Source: the human T2T-CHM13v2.0 reference genome, Homo sapiens. Taken from it: a stretch of DNA of 64,000 nucleotides. Below, one piece after another: positions 32,458-47,176 of the stretch. The stretch is from NCBI RefSeq assembly GCF_009914755.1, contig NC_060938.1. One strand, given 5' to 3'. A program made the position numbers and the translations under genes. Numbering within the stretch: the first letter of the stretch is position 1; each line of letters begins with the position of its first letter. The notes beneath the pieces were generated by a model, which did not search any database, was not told the origin of the DNA, and was given only the letters and a program-made list of their open reading frames with translations.

Positions 32458-32626
32458 GTGTTTGTAATTTTTGATAGTAAAATCATGTCTGTAAAACTTT
32501 CTTTGCTATTTCCTTAAGATCTAAGTAAATCCTCCAGAGAAGATTTACATTTGCTTTGCTAGTGCTGTTGGGAACACTACCAATTCATAAGTAGAATAAA
32601 CTAAATTCATACTTGCTTGTGTGTGG

Positions 32627-32869
32627 TTTTTTGTTTTGTTTTGTTTTTAATATAAGACGGAGTCTTGCTCTGTGCAGTGGCTCACTGCAACCTCCACCTC
32701 CCAGATTCAAGCAATTCTCCCTGCCTTGGCCTCCACAGTAGGTGGGATTACAGGTGCCCGCCACAACGCCTGGCTAATTTTTGTATTTTTAGTAGAGATG
32801 GGGTGTTCCCATGCTGGCCTCAGCCTCCCAAAGTGCTGTGATTACAAGCACGAGCCACCGTGCCTGGCC
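32627..32869 (-). mobile_element. AluS with internal deletions
   Basis: Reverse Alu motifs. Confidence 0.85.
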
Positions 32870-33255
32870 AGGATTTTTCTTTTTTTAAATCACATAAGTG
32901 GATAACAAACTGAAGTTGCAAACCTGTATGATGTTTGGTTTAAGGTTATGACTCACGGAAGGCTTTTACTGCTTATTTGTTTCCTTCACCCGAAGCCAAT
33001 GCTAAGCCAGAAAAGTTTCCCCTCTATCTCCCTTTGCAGGCTAGATTTTTATTTTCTCATTTACTGTTTTACTGAGCAGTAGCCTTCTCTACCGCTTGAG
33101 TGCCTTAGAAGCTGTCTCCTATATATGAAGTATGAAAATGGTAAACCCAAAGAACTAGCTCGGAATTCACTGGTGGATTTCTCCAGCATAACTTCTGCCC
33201 TCAGGCAGCTTATTTGCTTCTCTAAATTCCTGCTCCCATTTTATTTTTTCAAGCT

Positions 33256-33351
33256 TAAGAATTTTCCTTACTTTTGCCAGGTAATCTAAGCAGTTGATAG
33301 AAAGACTACTCAACTGCATAGATACCTGGCAAGAGTAAGGAAAATTCCTTA
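33256..33351. repeat. Inverted repeat (fold-back hairpin), arms about 45 nt, 5-nt loop
   Basis: taagaattttccttacttttgccaggtaatctaagcagttgatag-aaaga-ctactcaactgcatagatacctggcaagagtaaggaaaattcctta. Confidence 0.93.
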
Positions 33352-33382
33352 TCTAGCACTTTAGAGGTTTAATAATGATTGT

Positions 33383-33921
33383 GGCTACATGCAGTGACTC
33401 ATGCCTGTAATCCCAGCACTTTGGGAAGCCAAGGCAGGAGGATTACTTGGGCCCAGGAGTTTGAAGCCAGCCTGGGCAACATAACGAGACCCTGTCTCTA
33501 CTAAATAAGTAAATAAGCAAGCAAGCTGAGTGTGGTGGCACATGGTTGCAGTCTCAGCTACTCACGAGGTGGAAGTGAAAGGACTGCTTGAGCCCAGAAG
33601 TTCAAAACTATAGTGAGACAGGGTCTCGCTCTATCTCCCAGGCTGGAGAGCAATGGCACAATCATGGCTCACTGTAGCCTCAACCTTCCAGACTCAAGAG
33701 ATATTCCTACCTCAGCATCCCTAGTAGCTGGGACTATAAGCGAGTGTCACAACAGCCCAGGCTAATTTGTTTTTTTTGTTTTTTTTTTTGTTTTTTTTTT
33801 CAGTAGAGATGAAGTCTCGCTATGTTGCCCAGGCTAGTCTTGAACTCCTGGGCTCAACTGATCCTCCCACCTCAGCCTCTCAAAGTGCTGAGATTACAGG
33901 CATAAGCCATTGCACCAGGCC
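33383..33921. mobile_element. Two AluJ copies fused tail-to-tail in inverted orientation with no spacer
   Basis: The plus Alu ends ...tatagtgag and the minus Alu starts tgagacagggtctc; TGAG is shared at 33614-33617. Confidence 0.88.
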
Positions 33922-34674
33922 TGCATGCATTAAATTAACAGATCAATGAATAGGATTAGTCTCATGGTTCTTGTTATGTACTATAAAATTCAATGGTGAA
34001 ATTAATCATTAATATTACATTTTAATAGTGTCCTTGAAAGTTCTGTAGATGCTATGTCTATTTTGCTATAGAGAAGTTATCTGTTATTACAGATTAAAGT
34101 TGTTTAGCTTTGACCATATCTAGAATAAAACATCATCTCAGAGATAACGTTTTCTTTTAAAAACAGCTATAAATCTATTTTTAAAATAAAATAAATAATA
34201 ATTGGGTTAATCAAAAGTATATAAACAGTAGTTTCATTTGATCAATTGTACTAATATTTTTACTACGTTTTGCTTTTGATAAAAAACATAAAAACTGACA
34301 TTTCTAAAACTTTAATATGAAAAAAGAATCTCTAAAGCATGGAAAGTCAGGTAAACATTGCAAATAAGAATAGCAATTTGTTTTCAAATTTTCAAGGATC
34401 TTTATAGAGATCCCTTATTATATGGAATAAGTATACTCATCCATTCATTCAAAAATATTTGAGAAACTGCTATGCATAAGTTAACCCACTAAGAAAATTT
34501 GTTTACCCAAACCCTATTTTTCTGGCAATTTTACATTACTGAATTATAGATGAGTTAGATGGAATTCTGCCATCTAAATAAATGGCAGATGGCAAGAAAC
34601 ATGCCAAGACACTATGAACTCTTCAGGCAATATAGATTATGATTAAAGTATAAGCATATAATATTTTTCTATCA

Positions 34675-34800
34675 CAGACTTCTTCCTGTTTTAAAATTGT
34701 TTAACCTAACCTGTAGTAAAAAAGGAAGAAGACCATTCAGATTTCTTCCTGTTTTAAAATTATTTAACCTGACCTGTAGTAAAAAAGGAAGAAGATCATT
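34675..34800. repeat. 63-bp tandem duplication, two copies with 4 mismatches
   Basis: Units 34675-34737 and 34738-34800. Confidence 0.93.
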
Positions 34801-34894
34801 CTCACTTCAAAGATTACTTTAAACAGAACTTGAGAGAATTTATAGAACCTTGTATTCAAAATATTTAAAAGTGTGCATGACTTTTTATAAAGTA

Positions 34895-35980
<1,086 letters not shown>

Positions 35981-36534
35981 CAAGAAAGCCACATACAGAC
36001 AAAACAGATAAAAACATGCAGATAAAACAGCTATTATAAAAACAATCTATAATATATATCAACCTTAAGAACTTTTGACCAGATGTCACAAAGCACTATT
36101 TTTAAGGGAACTGAGTCACCACAGAACTGTGATCCTCTTTCCCCTTTGAGTAGATATTGCCTTTGAAACAGGAAACAAAGGTAGGAATAAAGGGTATTAT
36201 TTTGATATTTTGAAAGCATGATTTCTTAGGAATACAATGGGGTAGAGCTTGGATTTTTAAAAAATACATTTGAACAAATTATTTGAAGGTGGAAATGTAC
36301 AATAACATCTCCAAGTTGACAGTTACACTAAATTTCTGACAATAACATGCTTAGTTGATGGGAATAAACTATTCATTTTGCTTATTCACTGGTAGCTGTA
36401 GAGATTGGGCCTATATGGCATGCTAAACTACTCAGGGAGGTTATAAAGACCTCATACAGCAGGGCCGTAGACATGAAGGCTCATTACTAAATGACCTAAA
36501 GACAGCTTACATAAGCGAACTTAGACATGAGGCA

Positions 36535-36830
<296 letters not shown>

Positions 36831-37241
36831 GACATGAAGCTAGGGAAGTGGCTGGTATTGATTACAGAGGCCCCAAGAGAAAGGCTTTCTTTCTTGCTAT
36901 AATGTTTGGCATTTTGGAAGGGATGGGCAGATACCCTTATATGGACAGGTGTAATCCATCCTGTCAGGCGCTAGAACACTCAGGTCCCTGAGAGTGTGAC
37001 GCTAAACTGCAGCGGGGAAGAAAAATGGTCTGTCCTCTGATGCTCTCCCTGGTCTTCCAGGAAAAGAGATCTAGGCCTGCTGAGAATGGGGAGGAGGAGG
37101 GGGAGGGGAAGAGTTAAAGGCCTCCTTTGTATCTTGACCTGATGGGAGAAAAATGACAGAAGCCAGTTCTCACAGCAGCGGTGGCTGCAGAGCAACACAG
37201 TCCAGGACAGGGAGAGAACTGAGTAGGAAACATACACATGA

Positions 37242-37416
37242 CAAGAAGCTGCATAAATGGCAAGGCCTAGTGTAAAATGAAAATGCGGGTGCCTTGTTCA
37301 TGAATTACTAATAATTTCAGAACAGTGACAGCAGAGCATTACACCAAACATGGGGCTCTTCTACATGCAGGGATCTCTACAACTGCATAGGTCACATCCC
37401 CCTTAAGTCAGCCCTG
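37242..37416 (-). mobile_element. MER45A (hAT-Tip100 MITE)
   Basis: aaaatgaaaatgcggg..ccttgttca..gacagcagagcatta..gccctg matches the reverse consensus. Confidence 0.82.
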
Positions 37417-37551
37417 ATTTCTGAGCAGCGAAAGCGGTGGTAGCAAAAATTCAGAAGGCAAAGGAAAGTTACAAAGCAGAAAACCAAGATCATGTAAAAT
37501 CCCGCTACCACTAAGATTTTAGTGTATATAACCATGTACATCCCGGAGAAT

Positions 37552-37692
37552 TTTCTTTATTTTTTGTTGAGATGAGGTCTCACTATGTTTCCCAAGCTGG
37601 TCTTGAACTCCTGGCCTCAAGGGCTTCTCCCATCTTGGCCTCCCAAAGTGCCTCCCAAAGTGCTGTGGTGGCATAAGCCACCACGCCCGGGC
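37552..37692 (-). mobile_element. FLAM / Alu left monomer with a 12-nt internal duplication
   Basis: gcctcccaaagt twice at 37638-37661. Confidence 0.85.
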
Positions 37693-38076
37693 ACCTAGAG
37701 ATTTTTCTGCATACAAATATACACGCAGATATTTTCCATATCCATATACACATGTAGATATTTATATTTATTCATATAATGTTTTGTATATTGTACATTC
37801 TCTTCTGTAGCTTTTTAAAAACTTATTTTGGAGAGCTTTCCAAAATATTAAATAAAAGTAGATCATTTTAATCTATTATATACATTATAGAACATAGAGA
37901 TCCATGTTCCATTTAACCAAAGCCCTATTGTTGGGTTTCTAAACAGTCCTGGGTTTTTCATTATTACAAATTACGTTCATTGAGTATCAACTGAGTTGAA
38001 CAAAGATTGAATAAGACAATCAATACAAAGCCCTCCACAGAGTACTTGGCATCTAACAAGCACTCTATCAATGTTA

Positions 38077-38441
<365 letters not shown>

Positions 38442-38674
38442 TTACATTCCCAACAGCAGGGTAAAAGGGATTGGTTTCCCTAAATCCTTGCCAATTCTTT
38501 TTATTTTTGCCTTTTGTGCTTCTATGAATGGTCTGTTCATGTTCTTTGACAGTTCTCCTAATGGATTCCTCATGCTTTTTAAATTTTAATTTCTGTATTG
38601 GGGATATCAATCCTTCATCATAGGAATAATAAGTACTTTTTTTTTTCCTTAAATATAATTAACTTAAGACTTAC

Positions 38675-38746
38675 CTCCAGTTCCTAGGACCTTCAGGAGC
38701 TCAAAATTTTCTATTCCCACCTTCTCAGCATGTCCTGTCAAATTAG
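38675..38746 (-). CDS. RPS6KA5: RPS6KA5/MSK1 coding exon (72 nt, probably exon 2): start of the N-terminal kinase domain including the first half of the Gly-rich loop
   Basis: Minus strand reads ttttcttttag|CT AAT TTG ACA GGA CAT GCT GAG AAG GTG...GGA ACT GGA G|gtaagt = (A)NLTGHAEKVGIENFELLKVLGTG, matching MSK1. Canonical AG and GTAAGT sites, phase 1-1. Too short for the ORF track. Confidence 0.97.
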
Positions 38747-39389
38747 CTAAAAGAAAAAAAGAGGAAAAAAAAAACAAGAGGGTCAGCAATAGAAGGAGGC
38801 TCCTGGGGGATTCTTGTGTACCAGCGACGCTCTATTTCTTGACTTGAGTGATTAACCAGGGTTTGCTTTATAATTATTTGTTAAACAGTATAGCATATTT
38901 TGCATAAATTTCTGTATGTTATGCATTACAATAAAACTTTTTTTGGAATTTAGGAACTATATATATCATTTGTACCAAATATTAACATAAATTAAAGTGT
39001 TTATTAGACTCTCTACTGACCAATATACTCCAAAAATAAATAAAAATTCTAATATGTAGATAGATACATAGTGGGGAAAAAACTGGATGGATTGAGAAGA
39101 TGTATTTATGATTCGACAAACATTTACTGAGTATCTATTAAATGCCATCCCCAGGTTCTAGGGTAAGTTCTAGTTCCATTTCTGCCACTAAATACCTGGA
39201 CACGATATAGTATGCATTCGTCACTTCAATACTCTATGTCTCCATTACTACATCTCTGAAATGAAAGTGTTGGTCTCAATGAACTCTAGGATCCCTGTCA
39301 GCTCTAAAATTCTAGGACTATGTTTAAAAATATAAACTCTTCAAAGATATATTGTCTTGAATAAATAAAATTAGGATCTCTTATAAATT

Positions 39390-39670
39390 AGCATTTTCCA
39401 TAACATATTCCATTGAATTCTAGTCCTATCCTATAATAGGTGTTCTGTTAGGGGGAGATGTGGGGAGCAGAGTGCTTTGGTAGAATAAATGTGGAAATGG
39501 TTGGCTTAAACAAAGTTAAACGATTTCTTTACTGCTGAACCTTACAGATCCTGTATTATGAAAATATGCATGTAGATCAAGACAAAGATACTACGTTTGT
39601 GGATTTAACCACAAAATTACTTTTTAAGGTAGTATCTATTAACATTATGTGAACTAGTACTCTGTAGAAG
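39390..39670. mobile_element. hAT-Charlie MITE, subfamily uncertain
   Basis: ttaaacaaagttaaac..tttctttactgc motif of Charlie-derived elements. Confidence 0.5.
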
Positions 39671-40229
39671 TGGTTAAGAAAGGCTTGATCCAAATCCTAA
39701 TTATGCCACTTAAAAGCTGTGTGACCTTGACAAATTACTTGTCTGTGTCTCAGTTCCCAATAATGTAAAATGGGCATAAAAACACCTATCCTCAAAGCAT
39801 ACTGATATCTGTGATTTACTTTGAAATGCATTTTTTAAAATAAGATAAATTTATAAATAAATATAGCTATGAACACATACGTCAAAAGCAAATACAACAA
39901 AATATTAATTGCAGAATTTAGGTAGTGAGTATAAGGGTATTCAACATACAATTCTTTCAAATTCTCTGTATATTAGAAAATGGCCATTATAAAATGACAG
40001 AAAACAAAATAATACCCACTACATAGAATTTAATGAGGATTAAATGAATCAAATTTATATGGTGCTTGCTGTGTGCCAATAAGCAGTATAAGTGTTTGTA
40101 AATAAATTAATGCTTTGGGACTACAACTTTAAGAAAATAAAACTCAACTAACAACTTTTAGAATGAAAAGCTTTGGGGCATAAATAATTTCAATGTCTTT
40201 CCAAAGTTTAACTAAACTCATAATTTAAA

Positions 40230-40450
40230 ATTTTTAAAAATTGTGGTCAAAAACACATAACATAAAATTTACCACCTTAACCATTTTTAAGTATACAGTA
40301 TTGTTAACCATATGTACGTTGTTATGCAACAGATCTTTAGAACCTTTTCATCCTGCAAAATAAACTATATCCATTGAACAACAATTGCCCTCTTCCCTCT
40401 TCTCTCAGCCCTGGGAACCACCATTCTATTTTCTATTTTTAAGAGTTTTA
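40230..40450 (-). mobile_element. L1MA/MB 3' end fragment
   Basis: acataacataaaatttaccaccttaaccatttttaag motif. Confidence 0.75.
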
Positions 40451-41550
40451 CTATCAATGTATAATTTTATAGTAAGAACAAGTCAATGTACATGGCCCAG
40501 CCTAGAGTTCACATTGACATCAGTATAGATCTAAAATGAATATCAAAAACATAGGTAGTATTCTAAAATAAACGATGGCTTATCTTTAATATGTCAAGTA
40601 GATTTTATAAAAAGCCAAACTCATAAGAGACAACCACTTTTGAAACAATGATTTGGCTCTCTTCTAATGTTAAATTCTATTATTTTATTATGTAAAAAAG
40701 CTTAAGAGATTATTAAAGAGTCATGTGTCAAAAATAATTACTCCTGGTTCTTACTATTAGGAATCCTTTTTTATTTACTGAGATATGTACAAGCCCAGCT
40801 TTCCAAAAGCATTGTTCATATACTAGATTATATCTATATTTATATTTGCTTTATATTTATATATTACTTATCTATATTTGCTGCTACACTAAGAAGATAA
40901 GGAATTATTTTTTGATACACAGAATTAACTTTCATAGGAAATTAAAAGAGGTTATAAATTAATTACACTTTCTTTTACAAAGTATAGTACCCAGGAAACC
41001 CTAGTCATTCACAAAGGTTGTTCAGATGATCTGTGAAGGGCTGTTTTTGTTCATAATCTACTACCTCTATTATTTTGTTTCTGACATAAATTAACACTTT
41101 GGCTGCTACAGGAGCTCAAGTCTTCTCCAACCTCCTATCCCCAGGGCTCCAGATGAAGGGTGCCTTCTGTACTCAGGGTTGAAGGTTTCCAGGTAATGAG
41201 AAGCAGCTCAAGGTATGTTCTCTTTGGCTCCTCCTCTCATTAATTTAGCAGCTGAGAATTTCATTTACTCTTTTTATTGCTTTTCCACCAATACTGTTCC
41301 CAGGTGGCTGGTAGGTAAGGCAGAGCTCTTCTTTCTCCCATACCTCAAGTCCTAGGTCTTAGGAAAACTCAAGAATGCTGGTCCTGAAAAGAGCTTAGCC
41401 CTGGGCTTATGAAGAAAAACCACTCTCTTCCACCTCAAGTTTCTGATAGAGTTTAGATTTCTTGGAATTTTCTTGCTTAAGAATGGCAAGATTCCAGTAA
41501 ACAATCTTAAAGGGTATCTGCACAGGGCAAAGGGACAAGTAAGTCCTTAA

Positions 41551-41952
<402 letters not shown>

Positions 41953-42272
41953 TTCACTTTCTTAATCTCACCTGGGAACCATGCAGTTGAAACTATGATA
42001 GGGTAGGATACAGAAATCTTAATCCTTACAATAGTCCTCAAAGTTATTGTCTGAGACTGTCAGATAACATTCCTTTGGTTCTTGTCTTTGCTCAAAGGAA
42101 AAATTAAAGACATCTGAGCACCAAAAATCTATAGTTAACGTATTTTTAAATTTTACTAAGGTCCAACTTACATACAATAAAATTCACTTATTTAAATGAA
42201 CAGTTTGATGAATTTTGGTAATTTTACATAGTCATGGAGCCACCACCACAAGCATGATATAAAACAGTTCCA

Positions 42273-42591
42273 GGCCGGGCGCGGTGGCTCACACCTGTAA
42301 TCCCAACACTTTGGGAGGCCGAGGCGGGTGGATCACGAGGTCAGGAGATCGAGACCATCCTGGCTAACACAGTGAAACCCCGTCTCTACTAAAAATACAA
42401 AAAAATTAGCCGGGCATGGTGGCGGGCGCCTGTAGTCCCAGCTCCTCGGGAGGCTGAGGCAGGAGAATGGCCTGAACCCGGGAGGCGGAGCTTGCAGTGA
42501 GCCAAGATCGCGCGCCACTGCACTCCAGCTTGGGCGACAAAGTGAGACTCCGTCTCAAAAAAAAAAACAAAAAAACAAAAAAACAAAAAAA
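42273..42591 (+). mobile_element. AluY inserted in an old L1 3' end (minus, about 42140-42800)
   Basis: TSD aaaacagttcca. Confidence 0.94.
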
Positions 42592-43928
42592 CAGTTCCAT
42601 CACCCTGAAAAGTTTCTGTTCCATTACCCTGAAAAGTTTCTGGATGTCCTTTTGAAGCCAATCACTTCCCTGGTAACTAATAATCTAATTCCAGTCATTA
42701 CAGTTTTAGCTTTCCTAGAATTTCATATAAATGAAATCATGCAATACATAGTTTCTTGGCTTTCAACTTCATTTACTTGGCCTACAGTCTTTGAGTTTCA
42801 TCCAGGTTTCTGACAGTCTACTATTTTTCCACCAGAATCTTCACAGTGTGGGCTGTACTTAGCCTTTACTTTACTTCAACTACTGCCATCATAAATTAAT
42901 CTAAAAGAGTAAAATAAAAATTTAAAAGGTGATATGATATAGGCCCATCTCAGAGCTCTTGAACTTAGCAACCACATGTTTTTGTTGTTGTTGTTTTTTG
43001 CCCCTGTTCCTGACTCTGAGTCTTTTCCATTACATCTACTGGCAAAGTAAGTAAACACACATATGAGAGCAAATCAGTAGTAAGTAGTATCATATTTAGG
43101 CATGGGGGAGTATTTGTCCATTATAAAGATTTTTTTCACTGTGTTAATGACAAAACACATAAGAAGAAATGGTAAATATCATATTATATAGAATCCTAAG
43201 CAATAAAAAACACATATTTGAGCATGTGAGTCTAGGTGTCTAAATAGTTTTCATTCCTATGCTATTATTTTGTCATTGTGATTAAAGCTTTTGTGCATGA
43301 AAGTCTAAAAATAAATCACATTTCTCTTAATTGTTAACCTAAGAACAAGAGCTCAAACTTCTCTACAATAATATTAACAGTATTAGAACAAGACTTATAA
43401 TATTTACACATTTATTTCACCCTACAGGTGAAATAAAACATCAACCAATTGCTGAAATCTGTATGTGTGAGTCATTCACATGCTTTAGTAAAGCCCAAAA
43501 TATGCTGCTCAGATGATGTGGAGCTACCTGCATGCCTAGGATCAGACTGTGCCAGAAACAGACCTGTTAGAATTGTACACTGTCTTTCTTCACACTCAAA
43601 AGGAGATGGTACTTTAGTCTAGTTGTGGGAAAAAAGGACTTTTGCTCCTTTTCCTATGCCAGGCATGCCTTTGCCCAACCCCCTTTCTAGTTCTCCCCAA
43701 AGGTAAGAAACGTGACTAATTCATTTATTCAAGAGTCCAAAACTCCAGATGGGCACAATTAATAGGTAGACTCACTGTGTTAAAAGATCAGCCTCCCCAC
43801 AAGGCCTCTTTGGTTTTTTTGCCTCAAATTTCTTCCATGGCCTGACAGATTGGCCATTCTCTTGCACTTCTCCCTTCAACATACATAGTAGTTAGCTAAG
43901 CAGATTCAGGGGTTCTCCTGGGACCTGG

Positions 43929-44469
<541 letters not shown>

Positions 44470-46701
44470 TAAGTCACACACCTGAACATGCTGGTCTCAA
44501 GATTATAATTAGATGTAGTTGGAAGGGAAGTAGGACACCTCACTTAGGCCTTAAACCTAAACTACTGCACCAATGCAGCTTCTACAGAAGAGTTTTACAT
44601 TGGTGTGTTGGATGTTTGCACAACTCTTATTAAATTTGTTACTCTGATTCCCACCAGCTACTTGTGCCTTGCAGATGGATCACTCATGACTCTGAGGGAA
44701 AAGAGGGGCCTGGGAGAGCAGAGTTTGGGCATTTGTGGATGTCTGACTATAACAGCATAGTGGCACCAAAACCTTACCTTCAGCCTCTAAATCCTAACTT
44801 AGAAAAATATTAACTCCTTCCCATAGAAAGAATGCCTTATGAAAACTTTTGACAAATATACAAAACAACAAAGAGTATCAACAAACTAAAAACTTAGAAT
44901 AGAGCTAATCAACTGGTACACAGGAGTACGACCATATCAGTTATTTGTTTCTGGTGTCAATTCTGATGACCACATGAGTTGTTAAATATTAGTAAATTTG
45001 GACTAAATCAATAAATATTTTAAATCTTTTCAAGGTCTACTTCAGGCTTATCTCTGTTGTGAATCAGCTTAAACCATGCTCCTCTCAAAAGCTCTTAGAA
45101 TTTTTTTATATTAATGCCTTAAGTTTAATCATTTAGGGAAAAAGAGGTGTAAATAGTTTTAATGCTCTCACAAAGCAATTTTAACCATTTTTTCCATGAA
45201 TTTTGTGAAATCCCCTCACAGGTACCTTTTCACATTCCCATCAACAGTGCAAGAGGGTTCCAATTTCTCCACATTCTGTCCAATACTTACTATTTTGTTT
45301 TTTTTTTTTGGTAGTAGCCATCCTAGTAGATATGAGGTGGTGATTGATGTAATTTTAAAAACAGTAAACTTAAGGATAAAAGGAAAATTGTCTTTTCCTT
45401 CAGATTTAAATAACTTTGTTGTTGTTTTCTTCATAAAATTATCCAGGTTCACTGTTTTTTGAAAAAATAGGCCTAAAGCAGACCTTAAAAATCTCCCATA
45501 ATCCCAACACTCAAAGGTAACTATTGTTAACCCTTGGCATGGTCTTCCAGGATTTCAGCCACAAACCTATGATTGATAAATGGCTTCCTAACTTTCTAAG
45601 CAATGCTATTGTAAGTATAATTTGTATAATAATTTTTTAAAGTTGTGAGATGTTTAACTTGGAACTTCCCACTCCTATGGAGGAAAATGATCAGTAAAAA
45701 TGCATTTTTCACTCTGTTGCCATAGTTTCAGCTAAGCTGCACAAATGTAATTGCACAGAGCATGTGCTGAAATCATTTGATTAGATCCAATGATTCACTT
45801 ATGTTAAAGGCTTAATTTAAAAGCACTTTTACAATTAAGGTAGAAATAAAGAGAACAATAATGCTTTTGAAGCCATTTCAAATACATTTCACAGTATATG
45901 CTAAGGCACTCATATGCCAGATTTTATTCAATGAATTAATCATTTATTAAACTTGAAATAAGATATGAGAAATGTAAGTTAATAAACAGGCCTGTGGAGT
46001 ATGTGGACATGAAGGAGAATATCATGTGAAGCTGGTTAGAAAAGCTCATTGAGAATACAGGTCCCCATTTACTCAACAGTCAAGAGTGCCTACTAAAGGC
46101 CAACGTTCTGGGCTACGTGTTAGGTCTTTAGCTAAGAAGTACAGGATTTGTACTGGCAAAAAAATGAGAGGATGGCTGGGAAATTCTGTACTGGAAGAAC
46201 AGCTGGGGCAAAGGTATAAGTAGAAATAACTATGTTACTACGAGAGAATAATAAAAAGACTGTTCTAACTAGCTATAATGAATTTATGTGAGAAAAACAT
46301 AACATAAAATAGGTATATGGAACTAGCTGGCTCAAAACCTGGAATGCCAGACTAACTAGTTTTAATTGAATCCGTAAGTAATAATGGCTCTTCACTACAT
46401 AAAAGTAATGTTTTAGAAAAATTCTCCTGGCAGTAATGTACAATGTGCATAGAAGCAAGGAAAAATGATTGCTAAAAAACAATGAGGTATTGCAGTAAAA
46501 AAGATGTGTACTAATGAGGGTCTGGTCTGAGTAAAAACTAGAGGAAAGAGTGAACCCAAGAATCACTGTAATGCTCAGTTTAAGAAACATTCATTGAATA
46601 CCTGTCTTGGGTGCTGAAACTACAAAAGGCACAGGACAGGGTCCTCACTTTCAAAGATAAATTAACTCAATTTCTGTTCCATTTTTTTCCCTATTGGCCC
46701 C

Positions 46702-47176
46702 TGCTATGGTGTGAATGTTTCTCCTCAAAATTGTATGTTGAAATCTAATCCCCAGTGTGTTGACATTAAGAGGTGGGGCCACTGGAAAGTGATTAGGTCA
46801 CTAGGGCAGAGCCCTCATGGATGGGATTAGTGCTCTTATAAAAGAGGCTAGAGCGAGCCTGCTGGCCCCTTCCACCATGTGAGGACACAGCTAGAAAACA
46901 TCATCTATGAAGCAGAGAGCCCTCACCAGACACTGAACCTCCTGGTGCCTAGAACTGTGAAAAATAAATTTCTGTTGTTTATAAATTACCTAATCCAAGG
47001 TTGCTGGGCTTTTTCTTTTAATAGAGACCGAGTCTCACTATGTTGCCCAAGCTGGTCTCAAACTCCTGGCTCATGCAACCCTCCCTCCTTGGCTTCCTAA
47101 AGTGCTGGAATTACAGGCATGATGCCTGGCCATGTCTAAGGTATTTTAATTATTGTAGCCTGAACAGACTAAGACA
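46702..47176 (+). mobile_element. MLT1A-like solo LTR interrupted by a FLAM/Alu monomer (minus, about 47010-47131)
   Basis: tgctatgg start, actaagaca end; TSD gcccc/gccct. Confidence 0.85.

Noticed and set aside
34569-34597. Small hairpin tctgccat...atggcaga
   Set aside because: 8-bp stem, chance level.
34675-34800. CRISPR-like array or other prokaryotic system
   Set aside because: Only two adjacent copies with no spacers and no cas-like ORFs; the window is primate intron.
43411-43437. Perfect 11-bp stem hairpin tttatttcacc-ctaca-ggtgaaataaa
   Set aside because: AT-rich and short; about what chance would give in 64 kb.
44778-44885. Strong donor AAG|GTAAGG at 44777 as a cryptic exon
   Set aside because: Acceptor is ambiguous and the 108-nt version has an immediate stop; no better than a background pseudo-exon.
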